Source of the DNA: a virus | Lineage: Duplodnaviria; Caudoviricetes | IMG/VR virus record: IMGVR_UViG_3300025642_000006 | Location: 1 to 52,125 of that record | Reading direction: 5' to 3' (one strand) | Length of the DNA stretch: 52,125 nt | In this document: positions 17,564 through 27,312 of the stretch, in pieces | Position numbering within the stretch: the first letter of the stretch is position 1 | How the letters are laid out: every line of letters starts with the position of its first letter | Position numbers and translations under genes: made by a program | Notes under the pieces: generated by a model | Database searches by the model: none | The model's input: only the letters and a program-made list of their open reading frames with translations | What the model was told of the DNA's origin: nothing

Positions 17564-17888
17564 GGAAATGCTGCCGCTTGGTAACTACGTTCTTGTAAAC
17601 AAGGCTATAACAGACCATCTGCGCGGAGCTAATGATGAGATATTGCTTTATATGCCAGAATCAGCAGTTCAAACTACAAGCTGGTGTGAAGTACTAGATG
17701 TAGGCCCGAAGTGTAAGTATATACGAAAAGAACATTGCGACGGGAAAACATTCGTCATTGTTCCTGAGTTAGATAATCGGATGGAAGTTGTTCGTATTGG
17801 AGATGGAAACGAATACCGCTTCGTTAAGGAAGATGTATTCTTAGACAAAGGCCCAAACCGAGGGTTTATTTATAGGAAGGAAGATTGA
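17541..17888 (+). CDS. GroES/Cpn10-like co-chaperonin
   Basis: MLPLGNYVLV...LLYMPESA.....EVLDVGP resembles the GroES PL.DRVLV...I.LP....G.V.AVG pattern. Confidence 0.65.
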   Translation: MTNTPAIKEMLPLGNYVLVNKAITDHLRGANDEILLYMPESAVQTTSWCEVLDVGPKCKYIRKEHCDGKTFVIVPELDNRMEVVRIGDGNEYRFVKEDVFLDKGPNRGFIYRKED

Positions 17889-20002
17889 TGAAGAAACAAA
17901 AAAGCAGCATTCAAAATCTGGCAATCAATAAAGACATTGTAACCAAGTTCGTTGATTCAGCAAATTCTGAATATAATCGTGTAAAATCTCTCCGAGAGCA
18001 GTTCGAGGACTCGTGGGAAGTTGCAGATTATATGTATAAGGCTGCACAAAATAGAACCATCAATGCCGCCGAGGTGTCTAAGGGCATGAATCTTAAAGAC
18101 GATCCTAGAGCAAATCTTGGTTCTCCCATGTTCTGGCGTCAAATATCCCAAATTGCTTCCGAGGGTGTGGCAGTAGAGAATAGCCGCGATGTTCCATTTA
18201 AGTTCAATCCTATCGTAAACCAGAACGTACAGTATTCGAGCGATCAGGGGCAGGCGGAGTCAGACCAGCTAAACTCGCTTGTTCGCTATACGATGAAGCA
18301 TGATAAGTACAAGGAGAAATCTACGTGCTTCTGGACCAGTTTGGCGAAGTATGGAAACATTCCGTATATGATTAACTGGGCATTAGAAGTTCGGACGATT
18401 GACGTTGAAGAGCCGGTCTATGAGGTCATAACCGATGAAGCAGGCAACGAAGTAACCAAAATGACCGGAAGAAAGCGCGTGTCTAAAGAGGTTGTCGTAA
18501 AGGCGCACCCCGAACAGCGCATGTTGAATATCTTTGATATATTCGCCGATCCATACATTGGCGACCTTCAAAGCCAGTCCTGTGTAATTGTTCCTTCTAT
18601 TGTTAATAAATCGGCCATTTATAACGAAGTACGAAAAGGAATCTATGACGAAGACGCTTACGATCTACTCAGCGATGACGATGCTTGGGATGGACAAGAA
18701 GGTGTTGCATTCCGTCAACGGTTGCTAGAAAACAATGATAAGACGTGGGAAGAGAGTAAAGGCATAGACCAATATCTAAAATGGGATATATGGTTTCGCG
18801 CACCTATTGAGAATGGCAAGTGGGATGAAAAAGCAGTGCCAGTGTTGTATTTTGCAACAATCATAGGGAATACACTCGATGGCGGCAAGGTGATGACCAT
18901 CATTCGGAATCCAGACCCAGATGATGAAATACCCATTCGTATGATTCATCTATACCCAGATGATGCCGACCTTCTTTATCATGTAGCACCGGCTGATATT
19001 ATGCGCTCTAATTACAGCGCAGAATGCTCCTTGAAGTGTCTTACCATAGATAACATGGCCTTAGCCTGTAGACCTCCTACAACGATTCTAGAGGGAGAAA
19101 TGTACGTTAAGCCGGATGATCTTAAATGGGATGCCTCTGGCCGGGTATGGACAATAATAAGAGAAGGCGCCATACAGCAGATGGCTATTAGGGATAATAC
19201 GCAGCAAACGGTTGGATTGCTGGAATACTTCAAGGCTGAATCTCAGTCCGCGCTTGGTACGGATAAGAATCGGCTTGGAGAGAGCTTTGGAGCTAGAACT
19301 AGCGCATTGGAAGCAAATAACATCTTCCAGCTATCCTCTCAGCCTTCATTGGCTTGGATTAACTACGTTCTACAGCAGAAAATAGGATTCTTTGCCCAAA
19401 AGACTAAAAGTCTTTGGAGAGCGTATGGAACACCTTCTGTAATCAATGCTATTACGGACATGCCATTGCTGCCCAATGTAAGCCCAACGGATATGATGGG
19501 CGACTTTGACACACAGATTGATATTGTGGATGAATATATCAATGATATGCAAGCGCAACAGATGCTTATGGGATTGGTAAGAATGGTTGCACAGGCTCCA
19601 CAGCTTCTTAAATCAGATACCCACGAAATAGATATTGGCGCATTGATGAAGGATATATTCTCTAAATCTGGTCTGAATGGAGATAAATACATTCGCGCAA
19701 GACAGGATGGAGATGCAGCTAGATGGGCAGAGATGGAAAATGTAGCCATGACGCAGAATGGACAGGCTACAGTGGTTAACGTAGATGATAACGATTATAT
19801 CCACCTTCGTATCCATAAGAGCTACAGGATGCGTTATAACGGCTTTGAGGAGCAATTCCCGAACCTATCCTACCTTGATGCTCATATTCTTGAACACGAG
19901 GCTATTATTCAGTCTGAATCAGGCGATGCAGCCGCGCAAGCCCCTAACGGAGAAGTTCCAGTTGGTGGGGAAATGGCAGGCGCTATGTCGGTGGCACAAT
20001 GA
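17888..20002 (+). CDS. Portal protein
   Basis: ~700 aa directly after TerL; P22/T7-like portal features (KYGN, DNM.LA..P, RTSA.E); C-terminal DN..IH...H motif. Confidence 0.85.
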   Translation: MKKQKSSIQNLAINKDIVTKFVDSANSEYNRVKSLREQFEDSWEVADYMYKAAQNRTINAAEVSKGMNLKDDPRANLGSPMFWRQISQIASEGVAVENSRDVPFKFNPIVNQNVQYSSDQGQAESDQLNSLVRYTMKHDKYKEKSTCFWTSLAKYGNIPYMINWALEVRTIDVEEPVYEVITDEAGNEVTKMTGRKRVSKEVVVKAHPEQRMLNIFDIFADPYIGDLQSQSCVIVPSIVNKSAIYNEVRKGIYDEDAYDLLSDDDAWDGQEGVAFRQRLLENNDKTWEESKGIDQYLKWDIWFRAPIENGKWDEKAVPVLYFATIIGNTLDGGKVMTIIRNPDPDDEIPIRMIHLYPDDADLLYHVAPADIMRSNYSAECSLKCLTIDNMALACRPPTTILEGEMYVKPDDLKWDASGRVWTIIREGAIQQMAIRDNTQQTVGLLEYFKAESQSALGTDKNRLGESFGARTSALEANNIFQLSSQPSLAWINYVLQQKIGFFAQKTKSLWRAYGTPSVINAITDMPLLPNVSPTDMMGDFDTQIDIVDEYINDMQAQQMLMGLVRMVAQAPQLLKSDTHEIDIGALMKDIFSKSGLNGDKYIRARQDGDAARWAEMENVAMTQNGQATVVNVDDNDYIHLRIHKSYRMRYNGFEEQFPNLSYLDAHILEHEAIIQSESGDAAAQAPNGEVPVGGEMAGAMSVAQ

Positions 20003-20226
20003 AGAACATGGAAGAACTATATCGAATCGTAACATCTAAAGAGTGGGAAGTATATATGATCCCACTTCTTGAAGAGAGACGTGATTCACAGATAAACATT
20101 CTTCTAGCATCAGAAGATGATAGGGCTAGAACCAAGATCAAAGTGTATAACGAAATTATCACCTTGCCCGAGTATATCCTTGCTCAAGTGAACAAAGATA
20201 GAAAAGGTGTTGACAGAATAGAATAA
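19999..20226 (+). CDS. Small conserved post-portal protein
   Basis: Position; ATGA overlap. Confidence 0.6.
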   Translation: MKNMEELYRIVTSKEWEVYMIPLLEERRDSQINILLASEDDRARTKIKVYNEIITLPEYILAQVNKDRKGVDRIE

Positions 20227-20247
20227 AATAACTAAGGAGAACGACAG

Positions 20248-20910
20248 ATGGACAAGGACACTCTTGACGCTGAATCCGTCGATACGGACACTCAAGCCGA
20301 AGAATCCCAAGATGGCGCTAAAGGAAGCAACTGGGAATCTAGGTATAAAGACATACAAAGGCACGATACTAAAGTTTCTCAGAAGTGCAAAGCTCTGGAA
20401 GAGCAACTAGGAACAGCACAGTCGTTGATTACGGCACTACAGACGCAACGCGTACCTGAAAAGGCCAATCAAAACGAACCAGACTGGCTTTCCGAAACCA
20501 AAGGGGTTGATCTGCTGGATGAACCCGACAAGATCATAGAAGTGCTAAAACGGTTCAGGAGTGATGAGCGAAAACAGCTCAGTGAACTTCTTCAACTACG
20601 CGATTCTGCGTTTGATGAGAAGATCAACACTATATCACCACGAACAATACAAGCGCGTGAACTCGTCGAGACGCACAGAGAAGACATTCAGCGGATTAAA
20701 GAAGATGACCCAGATATGGCGGATGTCCCGGACCTAGCGATTGCTAAGTTATTGGCAAAACAGCGTGGCCGAGATGATGATGGCGCACCCATGCTGCCAA
20801 GTATCGGAGGAAAACGGGTTGCCTCGAAAGGCAAGGCCAGTGTAGACCGAGAGATGGAAGCAATGATGCAAAAGCTATACCCCAAAGAACTTGGTTTCAA
20901 TAGAGACTAG
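20248..20910 (+). CDS. Capsid scaffolding protein (putative)
   Basis: Acidic N-terminus, WESRYKDIQ coiled coil, between portal and capsid genes. Confidence 0.7.
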   Translation: MDKDTLDAESVDTDTQAEESQDGAKGSNWESRYKDIQRHDTKVSQKCKALEEQLGTAQSLITALQTQRVPEKANQNEPDWLSETKGVDLLDEPDKIIEVLKRFRSDERKQLSELLQLRDSAFDEKINTISPRTIQARELVETHREDIQRIKEDDPDMADVPDLAIAKLLAKQRGRDDDGAPMLPSIGGKRVASKGKASVDREMEAMMQKLYPKELGFNRD

Positions 20911-20936
20911 CTCAAACAGAAAAAGGAGATATTTCA

Positions 20937-21314
20937 ATGGCAAACATTACAGAAGTAGAACGAAAACCAGCGCCAAGTGTGTCCGTCGATATTACCATGC
21001 TGGATCAACGTAGGGCAATCGAGGATGCGCATCAAACTGCGAATCCAGATTACTCTTATGCCTATCAGCGCCCTAACATCACCAATGGTGAGTTGGAGCA
21101 GTTGGGGTGGCAAAAGGTTACAGATGGCAAAGGCGAGTGCGTTCATCATGGCGGCGATCCATTGGTTCGTAAACCAAAGGCTAAACGCGATCAAGAGCGC
21201 AAGCGGGAAGACGATATTAGTTATAACATGGTTAAACATAAACTAGACCGGGCTGACAGAGAAGGAAAACTGACTCAAGTAGCATCCAAGAAATCAGCCA
21301 TTGGCAAAAAATAA
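20937..21314 (+). CDS. Hypothetical head-module protein
   Basis: AAGGAG RBS; position. Confidence 0.6.
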   Translation: MANITEVERKPAPSVSVDITMLDQRRAIEDAHQTANPDYSYAYQRPNITNGELEQLGWQKVTDGKGECVHHGGDPLVRKPKAKRDQERKREDDISYNMVKHKLDRADREGKLTQVASKKSAIGKK

Positions 21315-21323
21315 GGAGACGAA

Positions 21324-21863
21324 ATGGCGTCTATTGCATTTACTATTAACCCGCGCATTGTTCGCAATGGTGGGCCTATCACGAGTGATGTATATAAATC
21401 ACACGCAACGACGTTGTGGCTTAAAGGCACGTTGTTGAAGTTCGCTTCCGGGCTGTTGACCCCGGTGGTGGATACTAAAAGCGGTGCGGCAGAGATTGAT
21501 ACCGACGATACGGGTACTGCGGTGCAGTTGTTCGTAGCTCTTGAGGATCATATTGTTGCTGGCACAGACTTCGTAGCAGTTCAGGAAATCCTGTCTGATA
21601 CGGTTCTGGAAATGCAGCTTTGTGCATCTAGCACGACCAGTCCGGCAACGGCGGCTGTTACTGCTGGAACGTCCTACGCTGGATATCAGTTGCAGAATGC
21701 CAGTTACGAAGGATCCGGCCTTGTGGCGCTGGATGTGGATGATACTACGACTCCTGTATTCCGGGTGGTTGAAGTTTCGTCTAATTACAAACCGTTTACC
21801 AACACCACGACGAAAGAATACGCGAAGGTACTTGTGAAAGTTCTTCCGACTATCGTTGCATAA
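21324..21863 (+). CDS. Capsid decoration/cement protein (putative)
   Basis: 179-aa beta-rich protein immediately before the MCP. Confidence 0.55.
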   Translation: MASIAFTINPRIVRNGGPITSDVYKSHATTLWLKGTLLKFASGLLTPVVDTKSGAAEIDTDDTGTAVQLFVALEDHIVAGTDFVAVQEILSDTVLEMQLCASSTTSPATAAVTAGTSYAGYQLQNASYEGSGLVALDVDDTTTPVFRVVEVSSNYKPFTNTTTKEYAKVLVKVLPTIVA

Positions 21864-21878
21864 TAAAGGGAGATTAAG

Positions 21879-22859
21879 ATGGCTGATTTTTCTATGACGG
21901 CAAGCGCCAAGAGCGCTATTCAATATAGTGGAGCAGATACCCATACTCGTGAACTGTTCGTTGAGTCTTTGGCTCGCGGACTGGACATGGTATGGAAACG
22001 TGACTTCACGGACAAACCGAAACAAGGTATGCTTTATATGTCCGAAGGGACTGTGAAACAACCTACGGCTAAGTTCCAGACCTTCCGCACGATTGGCGGA
22101 GTTGTGGGGCAGAACCGTGATACGGATGATATGGACTTTGTGACCCGTGCCGATGGCTTTGGGTTTGAAGTTGTTACCTATCCGTACCGTCAGGGTATCA
22201 AGATCGAACGCGAGCTTGAGGAAACGGACGATGTTGGCGTTATTCGCGGAATGCAGTCTGATCTGGCCGAGAACGCGCTTATGACGCAGGAATATGCAGT
22301 TGCCGATGTATTCAATCGTTCAATTGCACCTACGTCTGCGCCATTGCTGGCTGATGATGGAATGTATCTGATTGATTCAGATCGTCCTAACGCTAATCCA
22401 GAAGCCGGAACGTGGTCGAATGAGGAATCTACCTCTGCGATTACGCCGACCTCCTTGGCTACTGCTCAACTCAACGCTCGTAATACGACTGATGAGAACG
22501 GGTTCCCATATCCTCGGAATATCGTTAAGCTCCTCATTCACAAGAATGACGAGAAAACGGTTGAAGAGATTATGAAGTCGGATAAGAATCCGTTGAATGC
22601 GAACAATACATACAACACTATGTATAATCGCTTCAAATGGGAAGTCTACGACTACCTGACGACTCGGAGTATCTTCTATATTATGGACGATCCCAAGTCG
22701 GAGAAGAACGAATTGCGCTTCTACTGGCGCAAAAAGCCTGAGTTCAAAACCTGGGTTGGCGACAATCCTGATGTTACGAGTCAGCGCGTTCGTTTCATCT
22801 TTGGTATTGGCTGTGGCTCGCCTCGCAAGGTATGGCGTGGTGGTCTCGTTACGGCGTAA
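21879..22859 (+). CDS. Major capsid protein (HK97 fold)
   Basis: 326 aa; Y.QGI.I.REL.E.DD, E...ADVFN, C-terminal RF.FG.G...WRG pattern; strong RBS. Confidence 0.85.
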   Translation: MADFSMTASAKSAIQYSGADTHTRELFVESLARGLDMVWKRDFTDKPKQGMLYMSEGTVKQPTAKFQTFRTIGGVVGQNRDTDDMDFVTRADGFGFEVVTYPYRQGIKIERELEETDDVGVIRGMQSDLAENALMTQEYAVADVFNRSIAPTSAPLLADDGMYLIDSDRPNANPEAGTWSNEESTSAITPTSLATAQLNARNTTDENGFPYPRNIVKLLIHKNDEKTVEEIMKSDKNPLNANNTYNTMYNRFKWEVYDYLTTRSIFYIMDDPKSEKNELRFYWRKKPEFKTWVGDNPDVTSQRVRFIFGIGCGSPRKVWRGGLVTA

Positions 22860-22873
22860 CTAATGGTATAAAT

Positions 22874-22939
22874 GGCTCCCGTGGTTCGTTCCTGCTGCAA
22901 CCCTTCACCGGCAACACGACCACACGGATCACGGGAGCC
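22874..22939 (+). promoter_or_regulatory. Long stem-loop after the MCP gene (processing or stability element)
   Basis: ggctcccgtggttcgt pairs with acggatcacgggagcc (16 bp, 2 G-U), 34-nt loop, no U-tract. Confidence 0.6.
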
Positions 22940-22967
22940 GCCCATTAAAATACTAAAGGAGTATGAA

Positions 22968-23645
22968 ATGCGAAACTTGATATACATTGGAATGCTTTGC
23001 ATTATTGGTACGGCAATGGCCGCTACTGATGCAACAGTGTTTACTAGCGTACAAATAGATGACTTGTTAATAGATGACTCGTTGATCATTCCGGTATCTA
23101 CGTCAGCTCCGGCAAGCTCTGTATCTGCTACAGGTACTGTGACTGCTGCTGCTGCCGTTGCATTGGCAAGTGGAGAGACGGTTACGATTAACGACCAAAC
23201 CTATACGTTTACGACTAATACGCTGAGCGCTGCGAATCAAATTAAAATAGTCTCAGCTCCAGTAGGGGCTGCAGGCCACACTAACTCGGTTGCTATGACG
23301 AACTTGTTTCTAGCAGTAACCGTTGGTGGTACTAATAATCCTACCCTGTATTATAGTACGACGGTAAAGCCAGCTAATGTTGCGATTACAAAGGAAAGTG
23401 TAAGCGTCATTAAGGTTGCCTCCTCGTCCGGCTATCATGGTACGATTGGTAATGCGTTGCCACTTCTAGCGACACCAGTTGCTATAGAAGATGGAACGAA
23501 TCTGACTGTTAGCGGTTCTGGAACCTTGATTAGTGGAACCGATGGAACGGTTGGCGATGCTGGAACGATAGTACTGTATAGCACGGGCTTGTACTTTACT
23601 ATTCAGGACTCTACTGCTGGCGACGCAGTATGGACTACTAAATAG
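22968..23645 (+). CDS. Signal-peptide-bearing virion-module protein (head fibre/decoration-like)
   Basis: MRNLIYIGMLCIIGTAMA-A signal peptide; ATGTVT...GETVTINDQTYTF beta domain. Confidence 0.7.
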   Translation: MRNLIYIGMLCIIGTAMAATDATVFTSVQIDDLLIDDSLIIPVSTSAPASSVSATGTVTAAAAVALASGETVTINDQTYTFTTNTLSAANQIKIVSAPVGAAGHTNSVAMTNLFLAVTVGGTNNPTLYYSTTVKPANVAITKESVSVIKVASSSGYHGTIGNALPLLATPVAIEDGTNLTVSGSGTLISGTDGTVGDAGTIVLYSTGLYFTIQDSTAGDAVWTTK

Positions 23646-23654
23646 GATGTAATT

Positions 23655-24008
23655 GTGATTCATACATATAAGTTGTATGAAAGGGTTCGAAGGGAGTTCG
23701 GCACACAGGCCGACTCCCAACCCTTTAGTGATGCCTTTTTCTCGGCACTATTAAGCATCTCGAATGATTTGGATAACAAAGCATTTGTTGAGATGGTTGC
23801 TCCAGAAACAATGGAAGTAAACATAGATATAGACGAGAAGTATTACAGCGCGATTTATAGAGGCTTAAAGTACTATATCAATAATGGGCCTCAGTGGAAT
23901 GTAGAGCAGAAGGGCGATTTGAGGGCTGAATACTTTATGGAACTGCACAGAGCGCAGTCTATGTATTACGCTGATAATGCACCCTCTCCTTATGATCTAT
24001 CTGATTAA
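23655..24008 (+). CDS. Head-tail adaptor-like protein
   Basis: 117-aa helical protein at the adaptor position. Confidence 0.5.
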   Translation: MIHTYKLYERVRREFGTQADSQPFSDAFFSALLSISNDLDNKAFVEMVAPETMEVNIDIDEKYYSAIYRGLKYYINNGPQWNVEQKGDLRAEYFMELHRAQSMYYADNAPSPYDLSD

Positions 24009-24027
24009 CCCATGTTAGGGGCATGAA

Positions 24028-26532
24028 ATGGCTGATCGCTTTGACGATAGACTTGACTTGGATACGCTTAGCATTTCTCGCGCTAAATTCGTAGAACACA
24101 AACTATCCGGGTATAGTGACGATGCTGACGCTGTCATTCTATTCTCTGTTGCGGAGTCGCTTTCGGAAGAAGCTCTTGCGTATCTGAAACAAAACCATTT
24201 CTCCTACACGGACGAAACGCTTGATTTCAGAAAACTTATCGGCACGTATTACACCAAAGAACTAAAATACGACCGCAAACTTGGCGGAGTTATTCAGGCC
24301 TTAGTCCGCAACTACGATCGTTCCAGAACGTATAAGTCTGTAGACGCCTACGGAAGCAACAAGTGGACCTACTCAGTAAACGGAGCGCTGATAGAGCCTA
24401 CCATTGACGTTGGCAAGGCTATACTTGAGGCAGCATTCCCTGAAATCGTAGATGCGAACGTAACACAGAGCGAGACAAGGTATGAACAGAAAATAGATGG
24501 TCTTTGGTATGGAGAGGTAAATCTTGTAGAGGTCGCTCAGGCCGTTGTTGATTACGAGTTCGTAACGGACTATGACCAGATAAAGATTAGCGCATCCGCA
24601 GGGTATGACACAACGACCTATTCATCCGGAACTGGACACACCCATACAAGCAGCTCAGGAAGAAGCACCAGTCGCAGCGCCAGCACCTCCAGCTCTTCCG
24701 GCACCAGCGAGGTAAACTCTGAGTCCAGTGGAACTGGTTCTTCGCAAGCATCAACGACGGGAACGTCAATATCTACCTCAAGCTCGTCCGGACATTCGTC
24801 AGAGTCCTCAAGCTCGTCGGGTCTCTCTTCGTCTGTATCAAGTTCAAGTGGAGTAACTAGCTCAACGTCTAGCGCATCGGGAAGGTCTTCGTCAGCGTAT
24901 CGTTCAAGCGGGACAAGCGCGTCAGACACAAGCAGCACCGGAACCACAAACTCAGACTCATCCTCAACCGGAACGTCCCAGACCAACACCTCTACATCCG
25001 GAACGTCAAGCTCTAGGTCCAGCTTCAGCGGAACAAATAATTCAAACGCAAGTTCAAACGGAACCACAATATCGAACTCCAGCTCAAGCGGGGAGTCTTC
25101 TTCGAGATCAAGCTCAAGCGGGGAGTCTACTAGATTTTCGCACTCTGCGTATAGCAGAAACGGTGCTTCAACAAGCTCAAGTACCGGAACGTCGGACGTC
25201 GATTCTACTTCTAGCGCAAACTCTTCTTCTACTGGAGAGAGCAGTTCAAGCAGCACCGACAATTCTACAGGAGCATCTTCCACAACCTCAAATTCTACTG
25301 GGACCAGCTCTAGCGCCTCCCAATCAGACGCAAGTACTGAGGGCACAAGCACTAGAAGCGACAACCCAAAATCTGTAAGAATCGTAACGAAAACTTATAG
25401 CTCTTCAGGAAGCTCGACGTCGCACAACATCTTCAGGAGTAAAGTCCCAGACTCTAGCAAAAGCGGTTCTTCTTCTTCTTCTTCGACTAAGTCATCCAAA
25501 AGCAAAAGCACATCGACAGAATCAATAGCCGGAACTTTCAGTTCGCATGAGACTGGCTCTACTCACGCCCGTAGAACGTCTTCGTCTACTGGGGCAAGTA
25601 CTGGAATAAGAAGTAGCACAAGTTATGGAAACGGAACAAGAAGTTCCACAAGAAATACAACTGGGTCAAGCACTTCTAGTACATCAAGAACAGGAGCATC
25701 TACTAGTTCTGGTACCAGAAGTACAACGTCGTCGTCAGCCGGCTCGTCAACTATATCAAATAGTGGAACGTCTTCGTCTAATTCCAGACGGTCGCAGAGT
25801 AGCGATGGAATGTCGCATAGATCTTCTAGTCAGACTGGAACAAGCTCAAGGACGGCCAGTTCATCCGGCACTGGATCAAGGACATCGAGTCAGTCCGGAA
25901 AGACGTCTAGCAAGTCAAGTAGGATGGGGTCGAGTTCATCTACTACGACGCAGAGTGGAGAGGGCTCAAGAAGTTCTGTACAGTCGGGGACCGGAGCTAG
26001 GAGATCTTCCGAGTCGGGAACCTCAAGCAGGAACACGAGCCAGACTGGAACATCAAATAGAAACTCTAGCCAGACCGGAACAAGTAATAGAAACTCAAGT
26101 CGTTCTGGAACCAATCATAGCGTCTCAAGTTCAACTGGTCATAGCACAAGAATCTCAAGCGAGACAGGGAGAAGTTATAGGAGCTCCAGCCAGACAGGTA
26201 CTAGCAATGTAAACTCCAGTAGAAGCGGAAGCAGTACAAGCGTAACAAACGCAGATACAACTAATACCGGAGGAGTTAGACATACTCTAAGCACCAGCAA
26301 AAACATCACGATCACAACAATTACTTGGAGGCTGTTTGTAAAGCACCACCTAACGTATGAAGCCGCAATGATAGAGGCATACGGAAGTGGCGGAGTTCAG
26401 GCCAGCGTTCAAGAGGTGACATTTGGGGTTGCAAAAATCTACAGGTCGTCTTATGCTAAGCTATACAAGGTTCATGCCAATAGGCAGACCTCTGATTACT
26501 TGAATCCGACTCTGGAGTCGCTTCCTGAATAA
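24028..26532 (+). CDS. Tail-position protein with a ~560-aa Ser/Thr/Gly tract (10-aa periodic)
   Basis: Globular N- and C-termini flank periodic xxxxxxxx(S/T)G units. Confidence 0.85.
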   Translation: MADRFDDRLDLDTLSISRAKFVEHKLSGYSDDADAVILFSVAESLSEEALAYLKQNHFSYTDETLDFRKLIGTYYTKELKYDRKLGGVIQALVRNYDRSRTYKSVDAYGSNKWTYSVNGALIEPTIDVGKAILEAAFPEIVDANVTQSETRYEQKIDGLWYGEVNLVEVAQAVVDYEFVTDYDQIKISASAGYDTTTYSSGTGHTHTSSSGRSTSRSASTSSSSGTSEVNSESSGTGSSQASTTGTSISTSSSSGHSSESSSSSGLSSSVSSSSGVTSSTSSASGRSSSAYRSSGTSASDTSSTGTTNSDSSSTGTSQTNTSTSGTSSSRSSFSGTNNSNASSNGTTISNSSSSGESSSRSSSSGESTRFSHSAYSRNGASTSSSTGTSDVDSTSSANSSSTGESSSSSTDNSTGASSTTSNSTGTSSSASQSDASTEGTSTRSDNPKSVRIVTKTYSSSGSSTSHNIFRSKVPDSSKSGSSSSSSTKSSKSKSTSTESIAGTFSSHETGSTHARRTSSSTGASTGIRSSTSYGNGTRSSTRNTTGSSTSSTSRTGASTSSGTRSTTSSSAGSSTISNSGTSSSNSRRSQSSDGMSHRSSSQTGTSSRTASSSGTGSRTSSQSGKTSSKSSRMGSSSSTTTQSGEGSRSSVQSGTGARRSSESGTSSRNTSQTGTSNRNSSQTGTSNRNSSRSGTNHSVSSSTGHSTRISSETGRSYRSSSQTGTSNVNSSRSGSSTSVTNADTTNTGGVRHTLSTSKNITITTITWRLFVKHHLTYEAAMIEAYGSGGVQASVQEVTFGVAKIYRSSYAKLYKVHANRQTSDYLNPTLESLPE

Positions 26533-26553
26533 CAACAAACAAGGGAGAACGGG

Positions 26554-27312
26554 ATGGATGTATTATACGTCGTAAGGAAATCCGACTGGAATCAGGAGTT
26601 GAAATACTCACTTAGAAGTGTTTGTGAGAACCTAAGTGGTACTGATAAGGTTGTTATTTGCGGACACCTTCCAAGATATATAGACCCTAGCATGGTTAAT
26701 CACATAGAGTGGATATTCCCGGAATACGACCCATCTAAAGAGAATGAACTGCTTATCAAGAAGCTGGTCTATGCAGTTAAAAACGGAGAACTTTCAGAAG
26801 ACTTCGTTTATATGTGTGATGATTTTTTGTTTATCAAAGAGGTTGAGCAGCAGGACATAAAGCCACTCGTGCTTGAGGACATGAACAAGATTTACCGTGG
26901 AAATGGCGATGGCAACAACTGGATCAAGATGCTTTGGAAGACATTTGACTGGGTGAAGGCTACCGGTGGATACGGATGGAACTGCGAGTCTCATACTCCA
27001 AAGATATTCAACAGAGACAAGTTCTTAGAGATGATGGAGCGTTATCGTCCTGCTTGGGAAAACTCAGTTCACATGTGCGATGCGATTTGTTATGAGACGG
27101 CCTATTTCAACTATGTTGGAATAGATAAGCAAGATGTTAGATATGGATACGGAGATCGGGTCGGTATACTTGAGTGGCATGCAGAGGAAGAGATAGTTAA
27201 TTCGTTAGCCGAACACGCAACCTATATGTATTACAACGATGCAGGGCTTTCAACAGCACTAAAGAACTGGATAGAACATAGATTTCCAAACAAGAGTAAA
27301 TATGAGTTATGA
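26554..27312 (+). CDS. Stealth-family-like (hexose-1-phosphate transferase/GT-A) protein
   Basis: MDVLYV, ELKYSLRSV..N, G..P..I, SEDFVYMCDDFLF, HTPK resemble Stealth CR1-CR3. Confidence 0.7.
   Translation: MDVLYVVRKSDWNQELKYSLRSVCENLSGTDKVVICGHLPRYIDPSMVNHIEWIFPEYDPSKENELLIKKLVYAVKNGELSEDFVYMCDDFLFIKEVEQQDIKPLVLEDMNKIYRGNGDGNNWIKMLWKTFDWVKATGGYGWNCESHTPKIFNRDKFLEMMERYRPAWENSVHMCDAICYETAYFNYVGIDKQDVRYGYGDRVGILEWHAEEEIVNSLAEHATYMYYNDAGLSTALKNWIEHRFPNKSKYEL

Noticed and set aside
24618-25364. 248-aa minus-strand ORF (also 25890-26114 and 47045-47434)
   Set aside because: Antisense shadows of low-complexity or repeated plus-strand genes
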